This document shows positions 1 to 14,100 of a stretch of DNA of 64,000 nt, piece by piece. The DNA lies in assembly GCF_964355755.1 (NCBI RefSeq), contig NC_092673.1, positions 35,399,648-35,463,647 on the forward strand. The letters run 5' to 3'. The translations under genes and the position numbers were made by a program. The notes below the pieces were generated by a model. The model worked only from the letters and a program-made list of their open reading frames with translations. It had not been told where the DNA came from and ran no database searches. Within the stretch, counting starts at the first letter, position 1. Every line of letters begins with the position of its first letter. This stretch comes from Antedon mediterranea. Taxonomy: Eukaryota; Animalia; Echinodermata.

Positions 1-735
1 AAAAAAGTCAGATCCGAGCAGATGATAAAGGTCTTAAGCTTTGATTTAAAGGAATTCAATAAATTTACAGATCTAACATGTTTGGGAAGTTGGTTCCAAA
101 AAAATGGAGTTTCAAAGGTAAACGATTGATTACCTCATGATTATGTATCTTTGGCATATCTCATTAATTTATTAATTATTTACACTGTGGGTTGACTTCT
201 GTCGCAGTTAATCGTAACTTAATTTAACCTGGTTGGCCTTTAGAGGTAATCAGATTGGATCTCTCTTTCCGTTGTCTCCTTTCATGGTCAGGCCTCTGTG
301 ATGTTCCACAGCTATTGACATTCCCTGGGGAGGGGAAGCATCTGTCATGTTTTAACCTTCCACCATTCAATTTGAATAGAAATTTAACATAATTTGTTAC
401 GTTTAATGCCATTAGCATGCTAATTGATATTGTGTAGAGAAAACTTGTACTTTATTGTGATGTTGTATATTTCTATGTGTAAAATATGAATAACTGTTAA
501 TACAGTTCTTGATATGACCAATTGATTGACATAGGCCAGTTGATATGACCAATTGTTTGATATAAATATATGTGACGATGTAAACATATGACAACTTGTA
601 AACAAAGATGTGTGCCATTTTTACTCTTAGTGAATGGGAATTAAGTAGTCATATTTAGAAATGCACAATAAACACTCTATTGTTCATTAATTTCCCTACT
701 CTGACGTAAATTATACTTGATGCAAGTACACTAAC

Positions 736-846
736 AATTCTCACATGGGACTTGAACCTATGACCTTCATCACTAGCCTGGCATTCATACCTCTAGACCA
801 CTGAACTTGTGCTGATGACTAGGGTTGGATTCGAACCCGTGGAAGC
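736..846 (-). mobile_element. tRNA-derived SINE head remnant (possibly dimeric)
   Basis: The minus strand has B-box gggttcgaatcc, then A-box agtggtctagagg and B-box ggttcaagtcc. No intact cloverleaf. Confidence 0.5.
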
Positions 847-1003
847 ACCACGTATGGCACCACGTATGGCACCAATAGGATGAAAACTTGATATTTAAAA
901 GAATAAGGGATAGTATCCCAGTGTTCTTATTATGTTAGGTTCTGTTGGTGACTTATTACGTGGTAATGTGGTGTTTCAGTTTATTACATTAGAACTCCTT
1001 TTT

Positions 1004-1237
1004 GGACATCCCTATTCAGAGGACACCCCTATTCAGAGGACATCCCTATTCAGAGGACACCCCTATTCAGAGGACACCCCTATTCAGAGGACACCCCTAT
1101 TCAGAGGACACCCCTATTCAGAGGACACCCCTATGCAGAGGACACCCCTATGCAGAGGACACCCCTATGCAGAGGACACCCCTATGCAGAGGACACCCCT
1201 ATGCAGAGGACACCCCTATGCAGAGGACACCCCTATT
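1004..1237. repeat. 17-bp minisatellite (gaggacacccctattca/atgca), about 13-14 copies, within a GGACACCCCT-family MITE
   Basis: Direct tandem copies. Related GGACACCC motifs occur at about 2905, 19090, 19580, 21632 and 48443. Confidence 0.9.
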
Positions 1238-3279
1238 AAGGGGGCACTTACTCTTGAAATGAACGAAAGAAAAAGACAATATATGTTTTAACATTAGAGC
1301 AAACCCCTATAAAGGAGACACCCCTAAAGGAGACACCCCTATTAAGAAGCCCAAAAGATGCCCCCTTGTTGTACCTTTGTTTATCTTTCTATTGGCTATT
1401 GAATACCCAAAGCTCTTTACTAATAGAATAGTAGCATCATTATTATAATTACTTTTGGGACTTCTGCCAATATACGTTGCATATAATCTTGGCTAGGTTT
1501 TATCTTGTCAACTGCCATTATTAAGATTGTTACACATTGTAAGACCTAAAATCGGCTTCAGTTATTAGATGATAATAACCATATCATACAGTCCACACTA
1601 AAGCAGAAATTATTTTCCATCTGAAAACTTTACTGAAATTACTTTGTTTTATATACCTATATCAAGTCACAATATGTGCTGGCGTTCATCGTGTCAGGGT
1701 TAGTTTTCATGATAGCAACCTCCTTGCAAGTTTGAGGAAACTAGATGCAAATCACTTTTTTTCTATAAATCGTTTCTTTAATTAATGTGTTGGCAGACTA
1801 TTGGATTATACATCTTGTTCTTGCTGTTTACTTTTGGATTCCTAAAAGGCTTCTAATGATCCGTATATTTGCTTTATGGTTTACAGGAAATTACAAAAAG
1901 GTAAATTATATATTACGTCACTTAAGTCTGCTGTGCTCTGGTGGACAATAATTGAATTGAATTGGGATGATAGTTATAGTACTAATATTTTGTTTGTTCT
2001 TTTTGTATTTTTGGTTTCTGTTGGACCTTCTGCTTTTGAATTTCGTGTTCAGTGGTAAAATGTAAGTTAGGGTGGTCGACATCTTGTTTTGTTATTCTCT
2101 ATGTTCTAATACCCAGCATACTATAGTAACACTATTGCTAGTTCTACTTGCTAGTTCATTCACAAGGTTAAAGGTTATTTACACAGACAAGCGGTAACAG
2201 TAAGTGGAAAACGTGTAGCTTGTCCCACGTATAATATGTATCTATCCTCTGTGCTTTGTGTAACTGGTCATAAGGAATAACATAGATTCTAAATTTTTAT
2301 TACCGTTACAGCTCGTAAATTGACCTTTTACAGAGAGGATATTTTTTTACTATAAGATGTGACAAAAGCCTACACCACTAAACCCAACAAATATACTTGA
2401 AGCTCTCTTTCATTGCCATTTCCAGTTCTTCTGAAATTACCTACAGTGTGCTGCACCTGATGAAAGAATGAATCTTGATAACTCATCTCATTGGATATAC
2501 TTCCTCATCTTTCTTCTATTCTATTAAAACCATTTTAACTGACCAATATGTTGAATATTTTATTTAAGATTTTAAATTGTTTATTCTGTTATTTTCTGTT
2601 GTATGTCATTTTTATTCTTGGAATATGTTTAATTGTGTGCCTCTTCCTGTATGACTCATACTTGATATTAATTAATAATTATCTTATCAAAATATTCATA
2701 AAATGAACCTTTCCATTGTTTAACCTCATTCTTCTATTGCTATTTTGTTTAGGGTGGTTAATTTCAATAGTTCCTTTCTTCAATTAATTTTTCAAGTTAT
2801 TGTAATCTTGACATCTTGTTATTGATAACTTGATAACTTGCTTGGTCCATACTGTAAAATTACCTGTACAAATTAAGGTTTTTCTTTGTGGTTGTACTAG
2901 TTTTAGACACCCTTATTTAAGTGACACCCCTATTAAAAGAAAACAAACAAGGAGCACTATGTTTTAACATTATGGTCAAGCCCTATTCAGGGGACACATT
3001 AAGGGAACATTTTGTCCCCTTAATAGAAGTTCTATATATAATATGACAAAAATATACTAAATAAACTATCTTCTTTTGAGGTACAGACTGGTTTTATAAA
3101 ATATCAAGAAGGTGTCAAATCATGTTTATGACTTTTTACCTTAGCATAATCTGCAAAAAGTTATATGGCACAGTTCCAAAGATAAGCATAAACTTATGAC
3201 CAGTTTGATATTTAATATAATTATATGTTTTTCCTATTTGATATTAACATTTAGTAAATCTTTCTATCTTTTCTTGCAG

Positions 3280-3392
3280 ATAAAATTTGGAAGGGAACGA
3301 GATGATACAGGTTCAGTATCGTCTGCGTCCGAGAGTGTTGATCCACCTATGAGGGCGCTACCTGATGAACCGATTGGTATAGGCATTCCAAA
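3280..3392 (+). CDS. FKBP15: FKBP15 exon ([19 protein letters not shown]...), phase 0 to 2
   Basis: Acceptor ttcttgcag and donor gtaagt. Resembles the VKFARD..SVSS segment that follows the FKBP domain. Confidence 0.85.
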
Positions 3393-6300
3393 GTAAGTAC
3401 CTCATTTGGATATAATCCCATCTTACCACTAAAGTTATTCAGTGGGCTTAACCAAAGATTATCAGCAATAAATTTTCAGTACTGTATTTATAACTTGTCT
3501 GTGATACTGTGTAACACACAGGATGCAATTATTGTGATGTTCTTGTATACTATATGCCTGAAAACTCTATTTACCAGAGTACTCTATTAAAAAACTTAAA
3601 GTAGAGGATCATTTTCTGGTGTGATTATCTGGTAGGCACTACACAGTTGGCTGCCATGGCTGCGTAAATTGCCTATTAATCATTTTCTGGTGTGATTATC
3701 TGGTAAGCACTACACTGTTGGCTGCCATGGCTGCGTAAATTTCCTATTAATCTGAATTTCCTTAGTTTCCAGTTAAGCTTGAGGAATCGAATAAATACCT
3801 TTACCTTTTACATTTTTTTAGTAATGACGACATAAAGATATCAAACTCCAGTGATCATCTATCAAGCGTAAGTTATTTTTTTAATGATTCCAGAATCCAA
3901 ATATGATTATATCGATATACCTATACATGGATGTAATTGTGCTGAATTCACGATGAGCGGGACACCAATTTTTTTTTTGTTGCTTTGGGTTTTGAAATCA
4001 AATAAAATAAAACACTGCACCCTAGAAACTTCTAGTTCCCTGGAAGTACTATTATTATTTCTCTTACACACACACCTTTTTGAAAGTTAACTTTCTTGAA
4101 ACTCAAATATTGATAACCAAATCATCTCTCAACATAAAAATTGCCTTAGTACCCAAATTCTGTACTACTATTAGAAATGTATTCTAATCAGAATTGTAAG
4201 AAGACTTTTTTGCCCAGTGCAACAGCAAATTATATATAAAAACAAATCTACCTCTGGACGGTATCAACACCAATTTCAGTACGATACAATAACCTTGTGA
4301 TGATGTATTGTATGGACTTTATTTTCAAAGAAACTGCAGTTTTTTAAGAACTTCTTTTTAATTATCTACATTAAAACATTACTTTAACAAAATAATGATT
4401 TTATATACATTAAATCTAGCAAGCTGATTTGAGTCACTCTTCGATGTTTTTTAAAGTTTCCTGTTTGAATTAGTATTCACGATAATCATTGCCAAGAATG
4501 CTTCATTAAAATTTGTGTCTTATCTGATGCGTATGATGATGGACCATCACTGATAGTGGCTCCATTGCCATGTCGTAGCCACGCTATATCTGCATTGTAC
4601 TTACGACTGAACTGTAGCCATAATATTGCTACGCACTGTACCCATAAAAAAAAGCCATTTAATTTAGAGCTGAGAAAAAAACATGAAACGAGTGAAGAAG
4701 AGTTTTGTTTGCGTTGGAAAACCGTGGGTTAGTAAGCCATATTTTAATTTTTCAAAACAGAGCCCTGGACCAAATAAGGCCAAGCTGATCTCAAGAATGG
4801 CGAAGATGGGTCAACCTATGTTACCCTTATCATCTACTCCTGGTCAGGATAGCACAGATTCTGATGTAGAGGTACGTACATGCATACTTATTTTTGCATT
4901 GTTAATTAGTCATTGCAATATGTTTTCCAGAATTAGTCTTCTTTGATGCAGGTATAGATCTGTCCCAAATAGACCTTGTGTATGTATTCCAGAATTAGTC
5001 TTCTTTGATGCAGGTATAGATCTGTCCCTTAGTCTTCTTTGATGCAGGTATAGATCTGTCCCTTAGTCTTCTTTGATGCAGGTATAGATCTGTCCCTTAG
5101 TCTTCTTTGATGCAGGTATAGATCTGTCCCTTAGTCTTCTTTGATGCAGGTATAGATCTGTCCCTTAGTCTTCTTTGATGCAGGTATAGATCTGTCCCTT
5201 AGTCTTCTTTGATGCAGGTATAGATCTGTCCCTTAGTCTTCTTTGATGCAGGTATAGATCTGTCCCTTAGTCTTCTTTGATGCAGGTATAGATCTGTCCC
5301 TTAGTCTTCTTTGATGCAGGTATAGATCTGTCCCTTAGTCTTCTTTGATGCAGGTATAGATCTGTCCCTTAGTCTTCTTTGATGCAGGTATAGATCTGTC
5401 CCTTAGTCTTCTTTGATGCAGGTATAGATCTGTCCCTTAGTCTTCTTTGATGCAGGTATAGATCTGTCCCTTAGTCTTCTTTGATGCAGGTATAGATCTG
5501 TCCCTTAGTCTTCTTTGATGCAGGTATAGATCTGTCCCTTAGTCTTCTTTGATGCAGGTATAGATCTGTCCCTTAGTCTTCTTTGATGCAGGTATAGATC
5601 TGTCCCTTAGTCTTCTTTGATGTAGGTATAGATCTGTCCCTTAGTCTTCTTTGATGCAGGTATAGATCTGTCCCTTAGTCTTCTTTGATGCAGGTATAGA
5701 TCTGTCCCTTAGTCTTCTTTGATGCAGGTATAGATCTGTCCCTTAGTCTTCTTTGATGCAGGTATAGATCTGTCCCTTAGTCTTCTTTGATGCAGGTATA
5801 GATCTGTCCCTTAGTCTTCTTTGATGCAGGTATAGATCTGTCCCTTAGTCTTCTTTGATGCAGGTATAGATCTGTCCCTTAGTCTTCTTTGATGCAGGTA
5901 TAGATCTGTCCCTTAGTCTTCTTTGATGCAGGTATAGATCTGTCCCTTAGTCTTCTTTGATGCAGGTATAGATCTGTCCCTTAGTCTTCTTTGATGCAGG
6001 TATAGATCTGTCCCTTAGTCTTCTTTGATGCAGGTATAGATCTGTCCCTTAGTCTTCTTTGATGTAGGTATAGATCTGTCCCTTAGTCTTCTTTGATGCA
6101 GTGTATAGATCTGTCCCAAATAGACCTTGTGTATGTATTCCAGCAGACCCCTTTGATTTGTTTTAGTAGACACCTGTTTGTTGCTGTATGTTCAAGTAGA
6201 CCTGTGTGTGTTTCCCAGTAGACCGCTGTATGTTCCAATAGCCCCTGTATGTTCTAATAGACAACTGCGTGTTCTAGTAGATGCCAAGTATATTCAAGTT

Positions 6301-9300
6301 GACCACTGTATGTTCCAGTTGACCACGGTATGTTTCAGTTGACCACTGTATGTTCCAGTTGACCACTGTATTATGTTCCAATTGACCACTGTACTATGTT
6401 CCAGTTAACCTCTACAATTTCCAGTTGACCACTGTACTATGTTCCAGTTGACCCCTGTTTGTTTCACTGTATGTTAAAAAGGTAAGGGTAAAGGTATTTA
6501 TTATTGTCCTCAAGCTTAACTTGAAACTGAGGAAATTCAAATTATGCTCTCTACAGACCCACGCCAGCCAGCAGTGCAGCATCTACCAGATCGGCACACC
6601 AGGAGTGTCTTAGTATTCAGATATTTTGTTACAATTCCAATAGTTTTAGTTTTTCCATTTTGTTTGTAGAAGTTACTTTACTGCACAATTATCAACATTA
6701 TTACAATCGGTTTCTTCATATCAGATTGTTCATATAATACAATAAGGCTTTAAATCTATTTAATGTATATATTTTGAAGGTAATAGTTTCATTTGTGCTA
6801 TATGTGATCGTTACAAATTAAGTTGTAAATGTTAAGACGCTGCTGCTACAAGTTGAAGGTTAACTCCTGTACTGTCAAACGCGAGGTAACTTCATTGGAA
6901 CTATTCCAATATAGAAATATATTTCTTTTTTAATCGACGTAATACATTAAATAATTTTATAAATTCAATTAAATAAAGATTAAATTGACATCTATACATA
7001 TCCCCTTTCTCCTCTGTATAATTTACACGGGGGTTTTTATCGTTATTTCTCTGTTGATCGGATGTTAGAAATAAGCTTATATAAATTGGGTTTTACAGTT
7101 TATTGCATATAAATGTTTTACTTTGTGTTCTCTACCTGCTGTATGAGTAGTATTATTATATTCTTGATCGCTATGGATTATTCCATTCAGAGACACTACT
7201 TGGATAGTTGTATAAAATTGTTCCAGAATGAATTTTGTTCTAACAATTACTCAAAATGAAAAGTATTGCATAAAGAAATTTCACATGGCTTTGGCGTAGG
7301 GGAAAACATACATACATATATAATGTAATACATACATATTTGTAAATAAATGAGACTGCACCCCCTGACCCACCCCAGGTAAGGTTGATTTGAAGCACAT
7401 TCACCAATGTTCTGGATATGCCACCAACTAGTGTCATAGGTCACATGATAAGCTTCCTGTGGACATGGTTTCCATGCCAACCCATAGTCTAATGCTTTCT
7501 GTATTCTTGTTTGATCGTTTCTGGAAAATGTGTCCCAATTAATTATACTTTAAAATACCATTGGGCACTATTAGGTCTAAACAGAAGTTTAGTTTCAGTT
7601 TGTTTGTGCTTATCTTAAACATTTTGGACATACAGTTGCCATATTATATTTTACATACAGTATAATTATATTGAAATATAACAGTTAGTAGATTTTATCA
7701 ATTTTGCTAGCATGTAACTCTTTCACTAACTATTTATCTGTATGGGAAGTACTTAATTTGACTCGTAACAGTTCAAGGGAGAATCTGAGAGGTCTTCATT
7801 CATTTATAGGGCTTTCAACAAAGGTTTTAGTTATAGAATCCCTGATGAAGGAGTAATGTTTTCTTGGAATTTGTCAAAAGATTCCATTTGTAATTTAATT
7901 AACCTATGAGGGAAAGTCAACCCCCTTTTTTAATATGTAATTGAATTAGTTTTTTAAATTGCTTATAGAAGGGTTTAATATGTGAATTTTAGATAAAATC
8001 TTGTAAAAGAATGTAATACTAAGGCACTTGCTTTAATATATACTAGTAATTGATAAACATTAATAAATAGGATAGGACATTGTAAATTTTACATTCTATT
8101 CTATGGCTCTCTCTACACTGTCAAACTTTAGGTGACAAAAAAATGTGATGTGCATATATGGACATGATGATGTCAATATGACTACCATATTTGGGCATAT
8201 CACTACCATATTTGGGCACATATATATAATCAACATTTAATAATGTAGTGAGAAATTAGTTGATTTGAGGTCTCTTCCATTTGAAGCTGCTTTCCATTCT
8301 TTCCTTTGTAAAAACAAAAAATCCATTTCACATGCATAGTGTCTGCAGTCATATTAGTGTCACTTTGTGGAGTCACTGACAAATTATAGCAAAACCACAC
8401 CCCATGTTTTTATATTGCTTTATGATAAAAAGAAGCAATAAATAAATAATTTATATTTAAAACGAGGACACAATTGGCCTTTATCCAATGCCACATATAA
8501 TAGTTGTATTTTGTATAAAAATATGTTGGATTTTTTTTACTATTTTGTTGTAATGTTTTAATTTTCTGTTTGTTTAATGTGAAGCGAGTGCAAAGTCTGT
8601 TTAGGTTTTAGCCTATTCTCAATCCTGGTTATTATTCATTGGTGATCAAATAAATTCCGTCTCTCATCTAATCCTCTTCGGGCCTTTCAGTTTTTGCAAG
8701 TATCTATCTAAATTTGTGACTTTGCGACATAATTTGGAAATGATGGTTGCCAGCATGGTATGGATCATTCATGATCAATGTTGCCTTTTTGAGTAAACGT
8801 TCAGTGTACAAAGTACCAATAGAATGTTAGGGTATGCCTATGATTTATTTATTTATCTTTATCTTCATTGGAACAGCCGAGGTGACACCAAGCTATATGC
8901 AATATCGTGGAACAGCCGAGGGGACACCATGCTATATGCAATATCTTGGAACAGCCGAGGTGACACCAAGCTATATGCAATATCTTGGAACAGCCGAGGT
9001 GACACCAAGCTATATGCAATATCTTGGAACAGCCGAGGGGACACCATGCTATATGCAATATCTTGGAACAGCCGAGGTGACACCAAGCTATATGCAATAT
9101 CTTGGAACAGCCGAGGTGACACCAAGCTATATGCAATATCTTGGAACAGCCGAGGTGACACCATGCTATATGCAATATCTTGGAACAGCCGAGGTGACAC
9201 CAAGCTATATGCAATATCTTGGAACAGCCGAGGTGACACCAAGCTATATGCAATATCTTGGAACAGCCGAGGTGACACCAAGCTATATGCAATATCTTGG

Positions 9301-12300
9301 AACAGCCGAGGTGACACCATGCTATATGCAATATCTTGGAACAGCCGAGGGGACACCATGCTATATGCAATATCTTGGAATAGATAGAATAGATCTTTTC
9401 AGTGAGAAACAGCGACAGAAATATTGATCAATTCCCAATAATTCTTTTTTGATAATTTATAAATATTAATTTTCAGTAACCTGTTGCATTTACTTTTCAA
9501 TCATAAAATTACTAATTTCATGTCGGCATATAAATTTAACATTCAATTTACATGTTGTAAGTAATATATTTTACATAATAGAAATATTAGGAAGTCTAAG
9601 CACCCATTAACAGAAATTCATTTAAATCTATTATAAACATCTGTCCAAATTTAGTGACTTTCCATATTGAGTTTTCACCAAAATGGATTTTCAACTCAAA
9701 CTTTGTTGTAGATATTACATATCCCCTGAGATTGAAACACTAAATTTAGCTATAATGTACAAATTGTCAAAATAAGCAAGTTTTTTATTATAAATTTATT
9801 AAAAGCTTAATATAATCAATTATATTTCGTCTGTAAACATTTAAACAAATCAATTAATTTTATGTTTTTGCTTCTAATGAGATAATATACAATTTTTATT
9901 TGTAAATTTGATGTAAATTATTGTAAATAAGAGTGATGTATTTATATAATATGAATATTAAGTTATTAAAGTCCATTAATTACCATTTTATTATCTTCTA
10001 CTGTGCAAACTTTAAAATATTTTTTATTTATTACCTCTCATGGGACAATTAATAATTATTTAATAAATAAAGTAAAGTTATATACTAAAGAATAGTCTTG
10101 TTTAAGAAACTTACATTTATCATTGTGTGCAACATTTGGGTAACATTAATGTTTCTCGCATCTCATGGGAACACATATTATATATATATATATATATATT
10201 TAATTTTGACATGTCTAGATAATTTTAAATGCAATCAGAATTATTTACTAGTCTTATCTGTAAACTAAACACATTTTTAAATTGATTAATGTATGTCCAA
10301 TGACATGCGAGAATTGATTAATGTGTGTCCAGTGACATGCGAGTGAAAGTTAAATATAGACTTGAGGAACTATCACATCAAAATTGAATTGTCATGGCAA
10401 GATTTAATTAAAACTGGAGACGTTATTTAGAAACACATGTACTTTTCAGTCTGAGGGGTATACACACCATTTTATTACCGTAGTATAGTGGTTGGCGTGG
10501 ACAGCACTGGTGCAAGGAGGTACACATGTATATTCCTGCCTGAGGGCTATTCAGACTCTTAGTACTGTAGTTACTGCCTGGCCTAGGACAGCACTGGTGC
10601 AAGGAGGTACACATGTATATTCCTGCCTGAGGGCTATTCAGACTCTTAGTACCGTAGTTACTGCCTGGCCTAGGACAGCACTGGTGCAAGGAGGTACACA
10701 TGTATATTCCTGCCTGAGGGCTATTCAGACTCTTAGTACCGTAGTTACTGCCTGGCCTAGGACAGCACTGGTGCAAGGAGGTACACATGTCGTTGTTGTC
10801 GTCGTCTTCTGATAACTTGAAGGATCTTTCAAAGCATGTGACATTGTTTGCGTTTAAAGAATTTTATTCTAGAGGTCTTTTGTTTACATTCCCAAATTTG
10901 GTAAAGTATACCTAGATTTTTTTGTTATGTTTAAATTAATAGTTCTCTTTTGAACTTTAATTTATACGATTTTATCGATTTGATATTGGTCCATTGGAAA
11001 CTAGTGATACTGTTGCAAGTCATCAAATATAAATTTGCCTTTTTATTCCTAGATTTTTTATTTATTATGATAGCTAGCTTAAGACATATGTTTAGATTTT
11101 AACTATTTCATTGTGATTGATTTAAATTTTGTATGAAGAAATGTATATATTGTATTTATAATTGTACACTGCTTTAAATTTCCATTTTGGTGAACCACTT
11201 GACAGTGATTCATTTCACTTTTTGGTTAACAAGTCTTTTGTTTTGTATTTGTTCTTTTCTGATGAAATAAATGAAATTAATTTTGGAATTTCTTTTAGAT
11301 GCTGACGCCTGAACATAGACCTACAGACGTACAAGAAAACAAAGAAAATAGGAAGGAAAATGTTAGTAACTGTATTTTATTTTTTGTTCTAGGAGCATTC
11401 TCCTACTGAGATGACTGGACACACAGCACACATAGTAAATAAAAGGCCAGTCAGAGCTCCAAAGCCTGTCCCGAGGAATGGACATGTACCTGACCCTAGC
11501 CAGCTCAGTCATGGTCAACAGAACAATAATATGAGCCATGGTAAGTCTCGGACTGTGTCTGGCTTTTTTCGGTACTGGTCACAAATAGGCTAATCCAAAC
11601 TCTTAGTTTCGGAGAATAGATACAGTAATTTGGTTTGTCTTAAAACACATGCAAGTATGCATGAATTTTATTTTTATATTTTTTGTGAATGGGTTTAAAT
11701 AACTCATTAATTCAGATTCATTTCTACCACATTTTTTCAAATGCGCTGATATAACTGGATAATATTTAGTTTTTCCTTAGTCATTTGCGACCTTTAACCT
11801 CTGAGTCAGAAATGTCTTTATTTGTAGATATGTCTTACTCTTAAATTAGGGTAATACAGAGTTTGCAGAATGTGAGATAAACCCTTAGTAGTTGTTGCAC
11901 CTTAATTGAAAGGAAATATGTAGGGGGATTGATTGCATTTCAATATTAAGTTGTCGATTTAGAAACCTGAGATTTTTTCGCAAAATAATTTGTAATGCTG
12001 TCGGCCATTTTGTCGAAAACTATGGGAACTATATCAGAATTAGAAGAAGAATTGAATTATGAAAATAACTGGTTTCATGATGGTAAGTCCATGAAGAGTT
12101 AAACTGGCATTATGTGATATCTGATGCTTTGTTGGAATTTAAATGATATTTTTAAATTTCTAAAGCACAAGGGATTTCTCATAGCTGTTGTGGAAATCTG
12201 TACCAGTTGTGTACGTGTACTACAGTATATGTGCAACGTCACTGTAGGAGTTAAAATGTAGTGTTTCCTTTGTTTAATTCTCCACTTTCCTACAAATAAC

Positions 12301-14008
12301 TTGCTTAAAACTAAAGTAGTAAAGCAAATTCCATTTGATATATTTATAAACTTAATAAACATATATTTTGTTTGTTATATTCTAACGAATAAAAAGATTT
12401 ATTATGCAAAATACAACCACAGCCAACCAGTAAAGCAACATCCTTAAATGTTATCTTTCTTTCTTTAGCAGTTCATCCTCACCAGCAACAAATTGCTATT
12501 TACCAATCAAGGCCTCAGCTACAACAGCAGCAGCAGCAACAACAGCCACAGCCTCAAGCGCAGCCACCACCCTATGGTTACATGCAGGTACCTGCCGTAG
12601 TTCCTGACTTACCAGACCCTGGAGTTGATGTAATATCTGGACGGTTATTGAATCATAACCATGCAGGCTTAAATCACTTCAACTCATTCAAAAGCTTTTA
12701 ATTCTTGCAATGACTAGGATGCACAGTGATGCCATATGTCCTGGTATACACAAATTTTGTGCTAGAAAAGACATCTTGAATAGATGAAAAACATTGAACC
12801 CAGTCAAGTGTAAAAAACCAAAATAACAACTTTACTGAACAAATATATTGAATTTGGTACAGAGTAGGACATTTACTTAAGCATCTTCTTTGCACGAATT
12901 TATGTACAGTTTATGTCCTAGTCATTGCAAAAAAAGCTTTCGTCATGTCAATATTATTTATTCATTCCTAAAATCTTTTTATAATCAGTTAGCCATTAAC
13001 ATCTCTGTACATGGACTCTACATGTGCATTTCATTTAGCCCTGCATACTTATTATACTTATGCATACAATTATTTTGTTGATAATATCATAATGATGCGG
13101 GTATAAGCCCACCAAACATAATAAAGTCATATCCACTTTAGGAAGGGGGTAGGGGAATGGGATTATACCCAAGGACCCAAACATGTAGTTGCAGATCATC
13201 AGAATTCGATCTATTATTTTGTTCATAAATTTTGTTATTTACATCACATGTGACAAAAAATCAGTTTTAGCATTGTTTTAAACTCCAGAAAATGATTTTT
13301 ATAATTCTTTCTTTATTTTAATATTGATACAAATACTAACTAAGTAATGTAATATATATTTTTTCAAAGGAATATTGACTTTGAATTAACAAATTCAACC
13401 TAAGTCTGCAGCTACAGTATTTTAGTGATCAAACATTTTAAATCTCAGATCTTAAAAATTACTTGTTATACCCAAGTGTCTTCTTTTACATGACAAATGA
13501 TCAGGAGTATAAACTGACCTTATACCATTTTGTGGGCTTATAACCATGTCAGGGTGGAAGGGATTGAAAATAATTTGAAATGAATATTTCGTATACATTT
13601 TAAAGGCAAAGATATGTACTCTTAACTTCCCAGACTCAAATCTCAAATCTCCTAATATTACATTTTACTATTAATACTTTTGACACACATATTCTTATCT
13701 CAGTATCCACAGGGCACTACCGCTTTCAGTTATCAGGGACAGACTCAACAATCCCAACCTAACCTTGTACAACCGGGTCAGTTCGGCACCGGTGTTTACC
13801 CTCAACCGTCATTGGTTCATACTGACCTCCAGTCGCCAGCCATCATCACAGAAACGCGGCAGTGTCACTCCGACATGAAGCTTGCTATCGGTCTGGTTTC
13901 AGAAAAAATTGACCGTCTATCCAATAAGGTAATTACACAGTGATTAATTACTTAGGTCAATTAACAGATGTGTCTAATTAATTTTACCCTTGACTTGAAT
14001 TATTAATT

Positions 14009-14100
<92 letters not shown>

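Noticed and set aside
4995-6117. CRISPR-like arrays (also 8868-9380, 43674-44034, 48509-49503, with 32-39 bp units)
   Set aside because: The units are head-to-tail with no unique spacers, there are no cas genes, and the context is eukaryotic intron.
8824-9427. Four overlapping 164-197 aa ORFs
   Set aside because: They are translations of the 39-bp minisatellite.
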